Below are positions 50,526 to 58,821 of a DNA stretch of 64,000 bases, piece by piece. The first letter of the stretch is position 1. The number at the start of each line of letters is the position of its first letter. The notes beneath the pieces are model-generated. The model saw only the letters and a program-made list of their open reading frames with translations, was not told the origin of the DNA and did not search any database. The stretch is taken from sequence record MW879344.1. The stretch is one strand, 5' to 3'. The translations under genes were made by a program, and so were the position numbers.

Positions 50526-50992
50526 ATTTGTGTCATATCTAAATCACCAGATTTAATCAACTTTCGGGCTTGATTAGCTCTTTTAGCTGTGTTAGACTCT
50601 GGTACTACATTAAATGATTCTAAAATAGAACATTGTTGAGCAGATGGCAATGATTTGAACTTGCGAACATCAACCGTGAGTGCTGTGTGGTGTATATGCA
50701 TGTTTGAATAGTCTTGTTCATAATAATCTGCTAGATTTCTTAAAATTGTTGGTAAATCGGTATCTGTTAGGTGTTTAATGTATCTATCGTAAGCATTTTG
50801 TACTTTACCTTCAAATGAGTTAACAGTTCTATCTAGTACTGCTCTACATTCTTGTTCACCTTTATGATTATGGTCTAGTACTGGATCTTTTACCTTCTCT
50901 TTTATAATAGGATCTAAACCTTTTTGACTTTTAAGTAAATCTGCCCTATACTTGGCAGCCTCTTTTGAATTTTTTAATCTTTGTCGTTTCAT
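50510..50992 (-). CDS. Endonuclease VII-like Holliday-junction resolvase (gp49-like) lacking Zn cysteines
   Basis: VLDHNH...CRAVLDRTVNSFEG aligns with T4 HLDHDH...VRGLLCNLCNAAEG. Confidence 0.75.
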   Translation of the reverse strand: MKRQRLKNSKEAAKYRADLLKSQKGLDPIIKEKVKDPVLDHNHKGEQECRAVLDRTVNSFEGKVQNAYDRYIKHLTDTDLPTILRNLADYYEQDYSNMHIHHTALTVDVRKFKSLPSAQQCSILESFNVVPESNTAKRANQARKLIKSGDLDMTQIKKGA

Positions 50993-51034
50993 ATATACCC
51001 CTAAAGTCTTTATATAATTGTATTTAACGAAATA

Positions 51035-51063
51035 TGGAACGAATTAAAAATATTTGGTATAAT
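51035..51063 (+). promoter_or_regulatory. TG(G/A)AAC-N17-TATAAT promoter firing into an ORF-free interval
   Basis: TGGAAC 51035-51040, 17-nt spacer, TGg-TATAAT 51058-51063. Confidence 0.7.
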
Positions 51064-51068
51064 AAGAT

Positions 51069-51790
51069 AGTAAAACCCTGTTTGGCAATACATGGATGTG
51101 TGTTGACAGTTAGTAAAACCCTGATCTAGTCGAAAAGTAGACAGCAGATGAGAAGTTCAAACAGTTCGTTGTGCAAAAGAAACCCGTTAGAAGTACGTGC
51201 AGTCAATCAAATGCGACATAAGACACCGAGTTCACGGCAATGCGGCACATTAAAGAAGTACACTAGGCAAATAGTACTTCCTCGATAGACATTTAAGGAT
51301 CGCACCTTACGAAGTAGCTAAGGGAGTTTTTCTGGATATGAAAATTGCGATTGATTTATATACAATATAGATCCGTCAAAAATTCAGAAGAATAAGTATT
51401 AAGATTGATTGTATAGTCTTAATATTAGTGTGGTAAGCCCACGACCGTTGCACATGACCGTAATAGAGAGAAACAGAGCAACCCGCTTTCGTTCTAGAGA
51501 TAGAAATTTACGATACAATTAAATCCGACGACTATCATCGTCAGAACAATATTCAGTACCTTTATTGGTACTTTTTTATTGTCTTCATTCCCCTGTGGGG
51601 GGATGATAAAGTCCTCTACAAATCTCGTCAGTATAACAGTATTAAACGTAGTAAGTATTGAATTGAGTTTGCTTCAGTACAAACGAAGTGAAGTACAGAA
51701 CAAACGAAAATTCTTTGACATTCGAAGAATGGCAAATTAAACAGTATAAAATATTCTTAAATTCAAGGTACAAAAAAACCAGCAACTAGT
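51069..51790 (+). ncRNA. Candidate large structured non-coding RNA, family unassigned
   Basis: Own promoter, no ORF of 60 aa or more on either strand, at least 12 hairpins with G-U pairs on + and a GAGA tetraloop; candidate ends at ~51577 or ~51797. Confidence 0.6.
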
Positions 51791-51797
51791 GCTGGTT
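51772..51797. terminator. Terminator for the - strand gp26/gp51 unit, possibly bidirectional
   Basis: A7-AACCAGCA-actag-TGCTGGTT. Confidence 0.75.
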
Positions 51798-51975
51798 ATG
51801 ATTTTTTGTTTTCACGTTTAATCTTTTTGTTATATTGCTTCACCATCAAATCTTTGTCATTCACTGGCATATTCAAAAGCATTTCATATGAAGTATTAGG
51901 TATATGAACTGCAACTTCCATTAAAGAATTTTTAATTTCTTCGCAGTTGAAACGCAATTCAGATATTTCCTTCAT
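51796..51975 (-). CDS. gp51-like small hub-assembly protein (59 aa from ATG 51975, or the -1 frameshift extension of the upstream gene)
   Basis: TAATG overlap with the upstream stop; the frame is also open back through the slippery site. Confidence 0.55.
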   Translation of the reverse strand: MKEISELRFNCEEIKNSLMEVAVHIPNTSYEMLLNMPVNDKDLMVKQYNKKIKRENKKS

Positions 51976-52850
51976 TACTTCTTCTGGTTCTGAGATGAGA
52001 AGCCTTGAACGAAAAAACTGCTTGGATCGAATTGAAGATTTTCCAAAACCCATTCATGACCACATTCAGAACAACCTACGTCCATTTCATGTGATACCCC
52101 AATATTATTAATATAATCTGCTTTTTCACGAATTTGTTTTAAAATAAAAGCAGGTTGTGTTCCTACCCAATCAGCAATAAATTCGTCTTCTTTAACAATC
52201 ACACCATCAACTGTTTCAATATAATCAATATTGGCTACAGTCATGTCAAAACTTAGCTGAGTCATTTTTTCAAATACATCAGTAAATTCTTTCATTTTTT
52301 CTTCGTCAGTCATTTCTACATTTTCTAGTAGCTGTGCTCTCTTTTGCTCTTTAAACATTCTAAGACCAAATTCTGAATGTTCTTTCCATGTGTGAGGTTT
52401 AAATTTAATAATTAACCCACCAATATCTTCAAGTATTAGTGTTGGTTGTTCTTCAAGTAATTCAGCACTGTCTAGTAAGTACTGTAAATTACGTTCAAAG
52501 GCACCATGATGACCACATTCAGGACAATTTACTTCAATTTGATATTCTGTTTCTTTCGTTGCTAATTTTATGCCAATTAGCAATAATTCAACATCTGGTA
52601 CAAACAAGTCACGTGCATTTGAAATATTCGGTACACAGTTTTGAATAACATTCACTACAGCTTCACCATTCATTAGTGCATCTGGATTGTTAAACATCAA
52701 TTCATCACGTGCTGAACGTGCACAAATACCACATTCAACAGTATCGCTAACTAACACACCTTTTGGATATTTAATTACATCATTACTTACTAATTTAGTA
52801 TATAAAGTTTCTACTTTTGTATACTTTGATAAAGGGTTCATTTGATTCAT
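51975..52850 (-). CDS. Baseplate hub assembly protein, T4 gp26-like
   Basis: MNPLSKY, ARDELMFNNPDALMNGEA and two CxxC motifs (CPECG, CSECG); GGAG SD before 52850. Confidence 0.7.
   Translation of the reverse strand: MNQMNPLSKYTKVETLYTKLVSNDVIKYPKGVLVSDTVECGICARSARDELMFNNPDALMNGEAVVNVIQNCVPNISNARDLFVPDVELLLIGIKLATKETEYQIEVNCPECGHHGAFERNLQYLLDSAELLEEQPTLILEDIGGLIIKFKPHTWKEHSEFGLRMFKEQKRAQLLENVEMTDEEKMKEFTDVFEKMTQLSFDMTVANIDYIETVDGVIVKEDEFIADWVGTQPAFILKQIREKADYINNIGVSHEMDVGCSECGHEWVLENLQFDPSSFFVQGFSSQNQKK
52011..52017 (-). other. Putative -1 ribosomal frameshift heptamer U_UUU_UUC
   Basis: In frame (agT TTT TTC, Phe-Phe) 12 codons before the gp26-like stop; the -1 frame runs 71 codons. Confidence 0.5.
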
Positions 52851-52914
52851 ACTGACTCCATAATAAATACGTCTATACAATATTTTGTATAAAGTTATTT
52901 ATGAGGAAAATTAC

Positions 52915-55065
52915 ATGGCAGGAATTAGCTCAGATTATATCTTGCAACAGATATTAGATCAGAATGTTGCCGCTAATGATAATTTAAGTGCGATGCGTAC
53001 CTTACTTGTTGACATTGAAAAAAATGGCAAAACTGGTGGAGGCGGTGGTTCTGGTGGTGGTGACGATGATACCCGTAGAAGAAACCGAAATGATAGAAAC
53101 AATAATGATAGTGCATCATTTTCTAAAGCATTTAAAGATATTTTTGGTGAAATGAAAAATATTGGCGGTTCAGTACTAGGCAACAATGGTTCTATTCAGA
53201 ATACTGTTGGTGCAGTTGGTGCATCTGCTAGAGTATTACAATCATCGTTAGGTAAATTACCAGGTCCAATTGGTGCAGTTGCATCAGGATTTATGCAAAT
53301 TGTCCAAGCTGGTGTGGCAGTATACGAGTACTTGAACGAACAATTGAATATGTATAATCAATTGAATAGTGCAGGTCTAACTCTTGCTGATGGTATGTTA
53401 ACTGTTAGAAAGGGTGCAGCAGGTGCATTTTTAAGTATCAATGAATACTCTAAAGTACTAGAAAAGAATAGTGATGCCATTGCAGCTATGGATGGTCAAT
53501 ATGGTGATGGTGTAGAACATTTTGGTAAATTACTAAATACCGTCCAATTGACACAAGAAAAGATGGGTTTATATGGAGTATCGCAGCAACAATTAGCTGA
53601 TCTTACTGCTAAAAACTATAAATTCGAGAAGATGTATTCAGGTCAACAACAATTAAGAAGTATGACCGAATCACAAAGTACTGAAAAATTTGTCGGTACT
53701 ATGACATATTTAAGTAAGACAGTTGGTAAAAGTGTAGATGAATTACTTTCTAAATTTAATGATATGGGACAAAATTTAGATACTGGATTATCACAAGATG
53801 CGTTAACACAGTATTACGGATTATCAGAAGATAAAGCCGCCCAAGTATCAAAAAGTATGAATTCTATTTTTGCTAGTATGGGTGAAGCTGGTGCTCAATT
53901 ACAAAAATTGAACGCAAGTAAATTACAAACAAACGCCTTACCTGAAGAATTTAATAACCAGTTTACACAAATGTATACTGACCAAATTAAACAACTTCAA
54001 CTTGCAGGAATTACTGATGAGAAACAACTTCGTCGTCATATGTCACAATATGTAGCTGACCATAAGCGTCAACTAGATGATGAAATTCGTTATCAAAATT
54101 TGGCAGGTAATACAACAGCAGCAGCATGGTTAAACCAATTAAGAAATATTGAAAATACATTAAATGATCCTAAAAATCAACCAAGTCCTATTATTGAAAA
54201 CTTCACTAATAGATTTAATTTATGGATAGGTAAAACATTCACTGAACCATTTAATAATATGTATGTAGATATTCAGGAGAAAACTGCATCTTATCTTACT
54301 AATTTAGCAGATAATTCAGCAAATGCTTGGGATTTCACTGCTAAGTTAGTTCGTGATGGTTTAAAAGCTATTCCTAATGTTTTTAGTGATGGGATGACAT
54401 ATCTTGTAAGTTTACTAGAAGGTTGGGCAACTGATTTATTTGGTGATAGTTATACTCAAGTATCCCAATCATTTGAAAATTTCATGAATGACTTTATGAA
54501 CTTGCCAAATATGTTATGGGATTCTATAACTGGTTGGTGGAATAGTAGTCGTGATGATAAGATAGATGGAATAAAATCTGCTGCGAGTTCAATGTGGGAT
54601 AATATTAAGGGTGTTTTCACTGATATAGGAAATACTACTCCACCAGGACAAGAAGAAACTAAAAAATCATTTATGGATATGTATAATTCTTTAAATGATA
54701 AATTGAATACATATTTGAATAAGTTTAAAAGTTGGTGGAATGGGGATGATGAGAATCAACCTACCGGACCAACACCACAACCTACACCAAATAAAAATCC
54801 ACCAATTGCAAATCAACCAAAAACAGTAGGTCAACAGAAAGTAACTGCACCAGCAGAATACACTAAACCTATTAAAATTGAGCAAACGGATCAAACTGCA
54901 CCTGATGAAATGCAGACTGCACAAAATAGTTCTGGCTCAGATGCCACAACTAAGATACTTGCAGCAATACTAAATAACTTAGAAAGTCAAGGACAGGCAA
55001 ATAGCCAAGCTGCGATTATTTTAAGACAGATTGCTGATAATACAGAACCTGCTCGAAATGTATAA
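52915..55065 (+). CDS. Tape measure protein (gp29-like)
   Basis: ~716 aa, helical Ala/Gly/Gln-rich with Trp/Phe periodicity; adjacent to gp26; GAGGA SD before 52915. Confidence 0.65.
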   Translation: MAGISSDYILQQILDQNVAANDNLSAMRTLLVDIEKNGKTGGGGGSGGGDDDTRRRNRNDRNNNDSASFSKAFKDIFGEMKNIGGSVLGNNGSIQNTVGAVGASARVLQSSLGKLPGPIGAVASGFMQIVQAGVAVYEYLNEQLNMYNQLNSAGLTLADGMLTVRKGAAGAFLSINEYSKVLEKNSDAIAAMDGQYGDGVEHFGKLLNTVQLTQEKMGLYGVSQQQLADLTAKNYKFEKMYSGQQQLRSMTESQSTEKFVGTMTYLSKTVGKSVDELLSKFNDMGQNLDTGLSQDALTQYYGLSEDKAAQVSKSMNSIFASMGEAGAQLQKLNASKLQTNALPEEFNNQFTQMYTDQIKQLQLAGITDEKQLRRHMSQYVADHKRQLDDEIRYQNLAGNTTAAAWLNQLRNIENTLNDPKNQPSPIIENFTNRFNLWIGKTFTEPFNNMYVDIQEKTASYLTNLADNSANAWDFTAKLVRDGLKAIPNVFSDGMTYLVSLLEGWATDLFGDSYTQVSQSFENFMNDFMNLPNMLWDSITGWWNSSRDDKIDGIKSAASSMWDNIKGVFTDIGNTTPPGQEETKKSFMDMYNSLNDKLNTYLNKFKSWWNGDDENQPTGPTPQPTPNKNPPIANQPKTVGQQKVTAPAEYTKPIKIEQTDQTAPDEMQTAQNSSGSDATTKILAAILNNLESQGQANSQAAIILRQIADNTEPARNV

Positions 55066-55082
55066 ATGGAGTTATATAAAAT

Positions 55083-56828
55083 ATGAGTTGGAAACGACAT
55101 ATGACAATGGGACGTTCGAAAATTTCGAAGGATACCCGTAACAATTCGACGCCAATACAGTCTTCAGGGGCGAAAACTAATTTCGCCTCTTACTTACCTG
55201 CTGTATACAATGGAATGTCAAACCGTATTGATCGTTATAGACAATATGACCAAATGGATCAAGATCCAGAAATTCGAACTGCACTGAATATTATCGCAGA
55301 TTTTTGTACTCAAAGTACTAAAGATTATGGATTGCCATTTCAGATACAGTACAAAGATACAATGGGTGACACTGAAGTTACTACATTGGAAGATAGATTA
55401 GAATCATGGTCTGATCAGAACCAATTTAAAATAAGAATTTACGATATTATTCGTGGTATTTTGAAATATGGTGATCAGTTCTTTGTTCGTGATCCAGAAA
55501 CATTTGAATGGTATTGGGTAAACCCAATGAATGTTGATAAAGTAGTAGTAAATGAAAGTACTGGTAAAAATCCAGTAATTTATTATATTCGTGATGTTTC
55601 CTTAAACATCAGAGATAAAGTAATGAGTAATTTACAACTAGGATTTGATAAAATGGCATATCCTGGTTCATTACCTAATACATTAGCTGGTGCTGGTTCA
55701 CAATACGGTTCAGTTGGTGGGGCTGGTGGTGGTGCAGGTGCAGATAGTTCCAATCCATTCGGTACTAATGGTCAATTGGATGTTTTACCAGTTGCAGCGG
55801 AGCATGTTATTCACTTATCTCTAAACACTGGACAAGATCCGTTCTGGCCTTTTGGTACTAGTATATTAGAAAATATTTTTAAAGTATATAAACAAAAAGA
55901 ATTGTTAGAAGATAGTATAATTATCTATCGTGTACAACGTGCACCAGAACGTAGGGTATTTAAAATTGATGTTGGTGATATGCAACCACACCAAGCGATG
56001 GCATTCGTTGAACGTGTAAAAAATGATATACACCAACGTAGAATACCATCAAATAAAGGTGGAAGCACTTCATTAATGGATGCAGCTTATAACCCATTAA
56101 GTATTTTAGAAGACTATTTCTTCCCACAAACCGCAGATGGTCGTGGTTCATCGGTAGAAACACTACCTGGTGGTGATAACTTAGGTCAAATTGATGACTT
56201 ACGTTATTTTAATAATAAATTAATTCGTGGATTACAAATTCCAGCATCATATCTACCAATGGGTCCAGATGATGGTGGTGTAGCACTATTTGGTGATGGT
56301 GCAACTCAAGCTATGGCAAGTGAATTACGTTTTAATAATGAATGTATGCGTTACCAACGTATTATATCTCGTATTTTTGATGATGAATTCAAACGTTATA
56401 TGTTAAAAAATGGATATAACATTAGTGCATCTTCATTTGAAGTTACTTTTAATCCACCAATGAACTTTGCAGCGAATCGTAAAGCTGAAATGGATGCTAA
56501 GTTAATACAAACATATATGCCTCTAAATGATCTCAAATACTTCTCTAAACAGTTCATTATGAAGAAAATGGGCTTTGAACAAGATGATATTGTTGAGAAT
56601 GAAAGATTATGGATGCAAGAAAATCCAGCGGCAGTACAAAATAGTCCACAAGAAGTTGATGGATCAAATGCTGGTCTACAATCTGTTGGTTTGGAAGCAC
56701 CAAATAATCCAGAAACTGATTTAGGTATGGATGAAAATGGGAACTTAGAAAGTGCCGATGCAGAATATCAAGAACAAACTGGAGGTCAAGGTGGATTTGA
56801 CCCTAATAGTTTAGGTAATTCATTTTAA
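55083..56828 (+). CDS. Portal protein, T4 gp20-like
   Basis: LEDSIIIYRVQRAPERRVFKIDVG, EDYFFP and VETLPGG..LGQIDD..YF motifs. Confidence 0.95.
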   Translation: MSWKRHMTMGRSKISKDTRNNSTPIQSSGAKTNFASYLPAVYNGMSNRIDRYRQYDQMDQDPEIRTALNIIADFCTQSTKDYGLPFQIQYKDTMGDTEVTTLEDRLESWSDQNQFKIRIYDIIRGILKYGDQFFVRDPETFEWYWVNPMNVDKVVVNESTGKNPVIYYIRDVSLNIRDKVMSNLQLGFDKMAYPGSLPNTLAGAGSQYGSVGGAGGGAGADSSNPFGTNGQLDVLPVAAEHVIHLSLNTGQDPFWPFGTSILENIFKVYKQKELLEDSIIIYRVQRAPERRVFKIDVGDMQPHQAMAFVERVKNDIHQRRIPSNKGGSTSLMDAAYNPLSILEDYFFPQTADGRGSSVETLPGGDNLGQIDDLRYFNNKLIRGLQIPASYLPMGPDDGGVALFGDGATQAMASELRFNNECMRYQRIISRIFDDEFKRYMLKNGYNISASSFEVTFNPPMNFAANRKAEMDAKLIQTYMPLNDLKYFSKQFIMKKMGFEQDDIVENERLWMQENPAAVQNSPQEVDGSNAGLQSVGLEAPNNPETDLGMDENGNLESADAEYQEQTGGQGGFDPNSLGNSF

Positions 56829-56883
56829 GGTTCATAAATAATATTGATTCGTTCAGTGAACGATTAGAATATAAGGATAGGTT

Positions 56884-57117
56884 ATGTTAGACGAAATTTT
56901 TGAAGCTAAAGATGACTCTATGTACGACCCTGAAGATGATCAGACAGTATATAAGTTGACTGACACTCGGAAACCTAAATTGACATTACAAATTCTCAAC
57001 AACTTGAGAAAGTACAGAGAATTTAAAAAGAATGAAGCTGCTAAGCGTGACGCAGTGGTTGCGATAGTATATGCACAACCTTCTGGTGATGATCAAGCTG
57101 GTGGTGGAATGATGTAA
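56884..57117 (+). CDS. Small conserved head-module protein
   Basis: 77 aa between portal and core genes; own TAAATA at 56835-56840. Confidence 0.6.
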   Translation: MLDEIFEAKDDSMYDPEDDQTVYKLTDTRKPKLTLQILNNLRKYREFKKNEAAKRDAVVAIVYAQPSGDDQAGGGMM

Positions 57118-57224
57118 TTATTACGAAAAGTGCCATTTTTAAGCTTTTTTGAAAATGGTATTTTTCTTACTAATAAATAATGACATACCAAAATAAATTT
57201 TTGTATATCTGTTTGGAGGATATA

Positions 57225-58100
57225 ATGGCAAATATTAAACTATTGCAAGAAGCTATCCAAGCTTTTGCTAATGGCAACAACGAAATCGCTGATAAGAAAA
57301 TGCGTAAATATTTCGTTGAGCAAGCTCAAGAAATTAATAAGAAACTTGAAGAAGAAATGGAATCAGAAGAAGAAGAAATGTGTGAAGACATTAATTCTGA
57401 TCCTGAAGAAAGCATGACTGATGAAGTCGGTTACAAGCTTGATGAAGAAGAAGAACTAGACGAAGGTATGTTTAGTCCTGATATTAATGCTGGTGGAAAC
57501 GCAGTTAATATTGGTGGTGGTTCTGCTAATGGCGAAATGCAAATGGAAGAAGATGAACATCCTGAAGACAGTGAATCTGATTTCGAAGATGAAGGTTCTG
57601 AAGGTTCTGCGTCACCTGATGCTGACCAATGGGAATCAATCAAATCTGCATTCGAAGATCTAGAACGTATGTTCGATGAGATCGAAGGTGGTGACGGTGT
57701 TGAATTTGAAGATGATCAATCTGATGACTTTGGTGATGCTGAAGAATCTGAAGATGAATTCGGTGATGTTCAATTCGGTGATGAAAAAGTTGGTGAAGCT
57801 TTCCAAATGAAGAAAGTTGCAGCACCAGAAAAAACTGAAAAAGCTGGCGTAAACAAGAAGTCTGTAGTTGCACCTAATGCTAAATCTCCAGTAGATGGCG
57901 TTAAACCAGTAACTATTAAAGACGGTACTGTAGATGCTACCGATGATAAGTTTGAAAACTCAGATGCATTGGATGCAAAAGTAGAAGACCATAATAATGT
58001 TATGGATAACGGTAAACACGTTATGAAACCTGCTAAGACTCCAAAAAATACTGCTGAGAAATCACGCTCACCATTACCAAAAAGTCAACCAAAAATCTAA
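57225..58100 (+). CDS. Acidic prohead core protein (gp67/68-like)
   Basis: Very Glu/Asp-rich with a basic C-terminus; GGAGGA SD before 57225; position before the protease. Confidence 0.6.
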   Translation: MANIKLLQEAIQAFANGNNEIADKKMRKYFVEQAQEINKKLEEEMESEEEEMCEDINSDPEESMTDEVGYKLDEEEELDEGMFSPDINAGGNAVNIGGGSANGEMQMEEDEHPEDSESDFEDEGSEGSASPDADQWESIKSAFEDLERMFDEIEGGDGVEFEDDQSDDFGDAEESEDEFGDVQFGDEKVGEAFQMKKVAAPEKTEKAGVNKKSVVAPNAKSPVDGVKPVTIKDGTVDATDDKFENSDALDAKVEDHNNVMDNGKHVMKPAKTPKNTAEKSRSPLPKSQPKI

Positions 58101-58122
58101 TGAAAAATGAAGGAGATCATTT

Positions 58123-58752
58123 ATGAGTATGCTTAGGGAATGGTCTTCATTCAATGATTCTAAAATAGTACTAGAGTACAAAGAGGATCAATTAACTGGA
58201 CGTAAGAATTGCTATCTTAAAGGGATAGCAATTCAAGCTGACCGTAGAAACTTAAATGAACGTGTTTATCCTTTTGCCGAAATTGCGAGAGCAGTAAATA
58301 ATATGGCAGAAAGGATTTCAAAGGGAGAAAGCATTCTTTGTGAATGTGACCACCCTGAAACACTAACCGTTAATTTAGATAGAGTTGTTGGTATGATTAC
58401 TAATGTATGGATGGAAGGTGCTAATGGTATGGCTACTATTATGCTTCTTGATACTACATTAGGAAAAGATATTAGAACTATGATCGAAAGTGGCGTTAAG
58501 TTAGGTGTTAGCTCACGTGGTTCAGGTAATGTTGACCATAATGGTGTTGTATCTGATTTTGAAATTGTAACTATTGACATTGTAGCACAACCAAGTGCTC
58601 CAGATGCATATCCTCAAGCGGTATTTGAATCTCTGAATAGTAAGTACGGAGCACCTATGAATGGCACAAGCCGTGTGTTTGAGTCATCAAAAACTTCTTA
58701 TAGTAAAGTTGATGATGAAATTCATCAATTTTTTAAGAATTTAAAAGGTTAA
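58123..58752 (+). CDS. Prohead protease, T4 gp21-like
   Basis: NLNERVY, ECDHP, LGVSSRGSG and DIVAQPSAPDA motifs. Confidence 0.92.
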   Translation: MSMLREWSSFNDSKIVLEYKEDQLTGRKNCYLKGIAIQADRRNLNERVYPFAEIARAVNNMAERISKGESILCECDHPETLTVNLDRVVGMITNVWMEGANGMATIMLLDTTLGKDIRTMIESGVKLGVSSRGSGNVDHNGVVSDFEIVTIDIVAQPSAPDAYPQAVFESLNSKYGAPMNGTSRVFESSKTSYSKVDDEIHQFFKNLKG

Positions 58753-58763
58753 TAAAATAAAAT

Positions 58764-58771
58764 TATAAATA
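58764..58771 (+). promoter_or_regulatory. T4-type late promoter TATAAATA
   Basis: Exact consensus upstream of the scaffold gene. Confidence 0.7.
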
Positions 58772-58821
58772 TCTGTACATCAAGAGTACGGATATTATCA
58801 GTACTTTAAAGGAGAAAACAA

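Noticed and set aside
51176-51614. RNase P-like words (AAAGUCC; AGAAACCCG) and a tmRNA check in the non-coding interval
   Set aside because: The order is reversed, P4 cannot pair (no GGG after AGUCC), and there are no tmRNA acceptor-like ends.
15399-57225. Upstream start codons chosen by the ORF track (15450, 23278, 35719, 46371, 46451, 52880, 52885, 57180; also 2057 and 8506)
   Set aside because: SD position and homologue-like N-termini favour the downstream ATGs given in the features.
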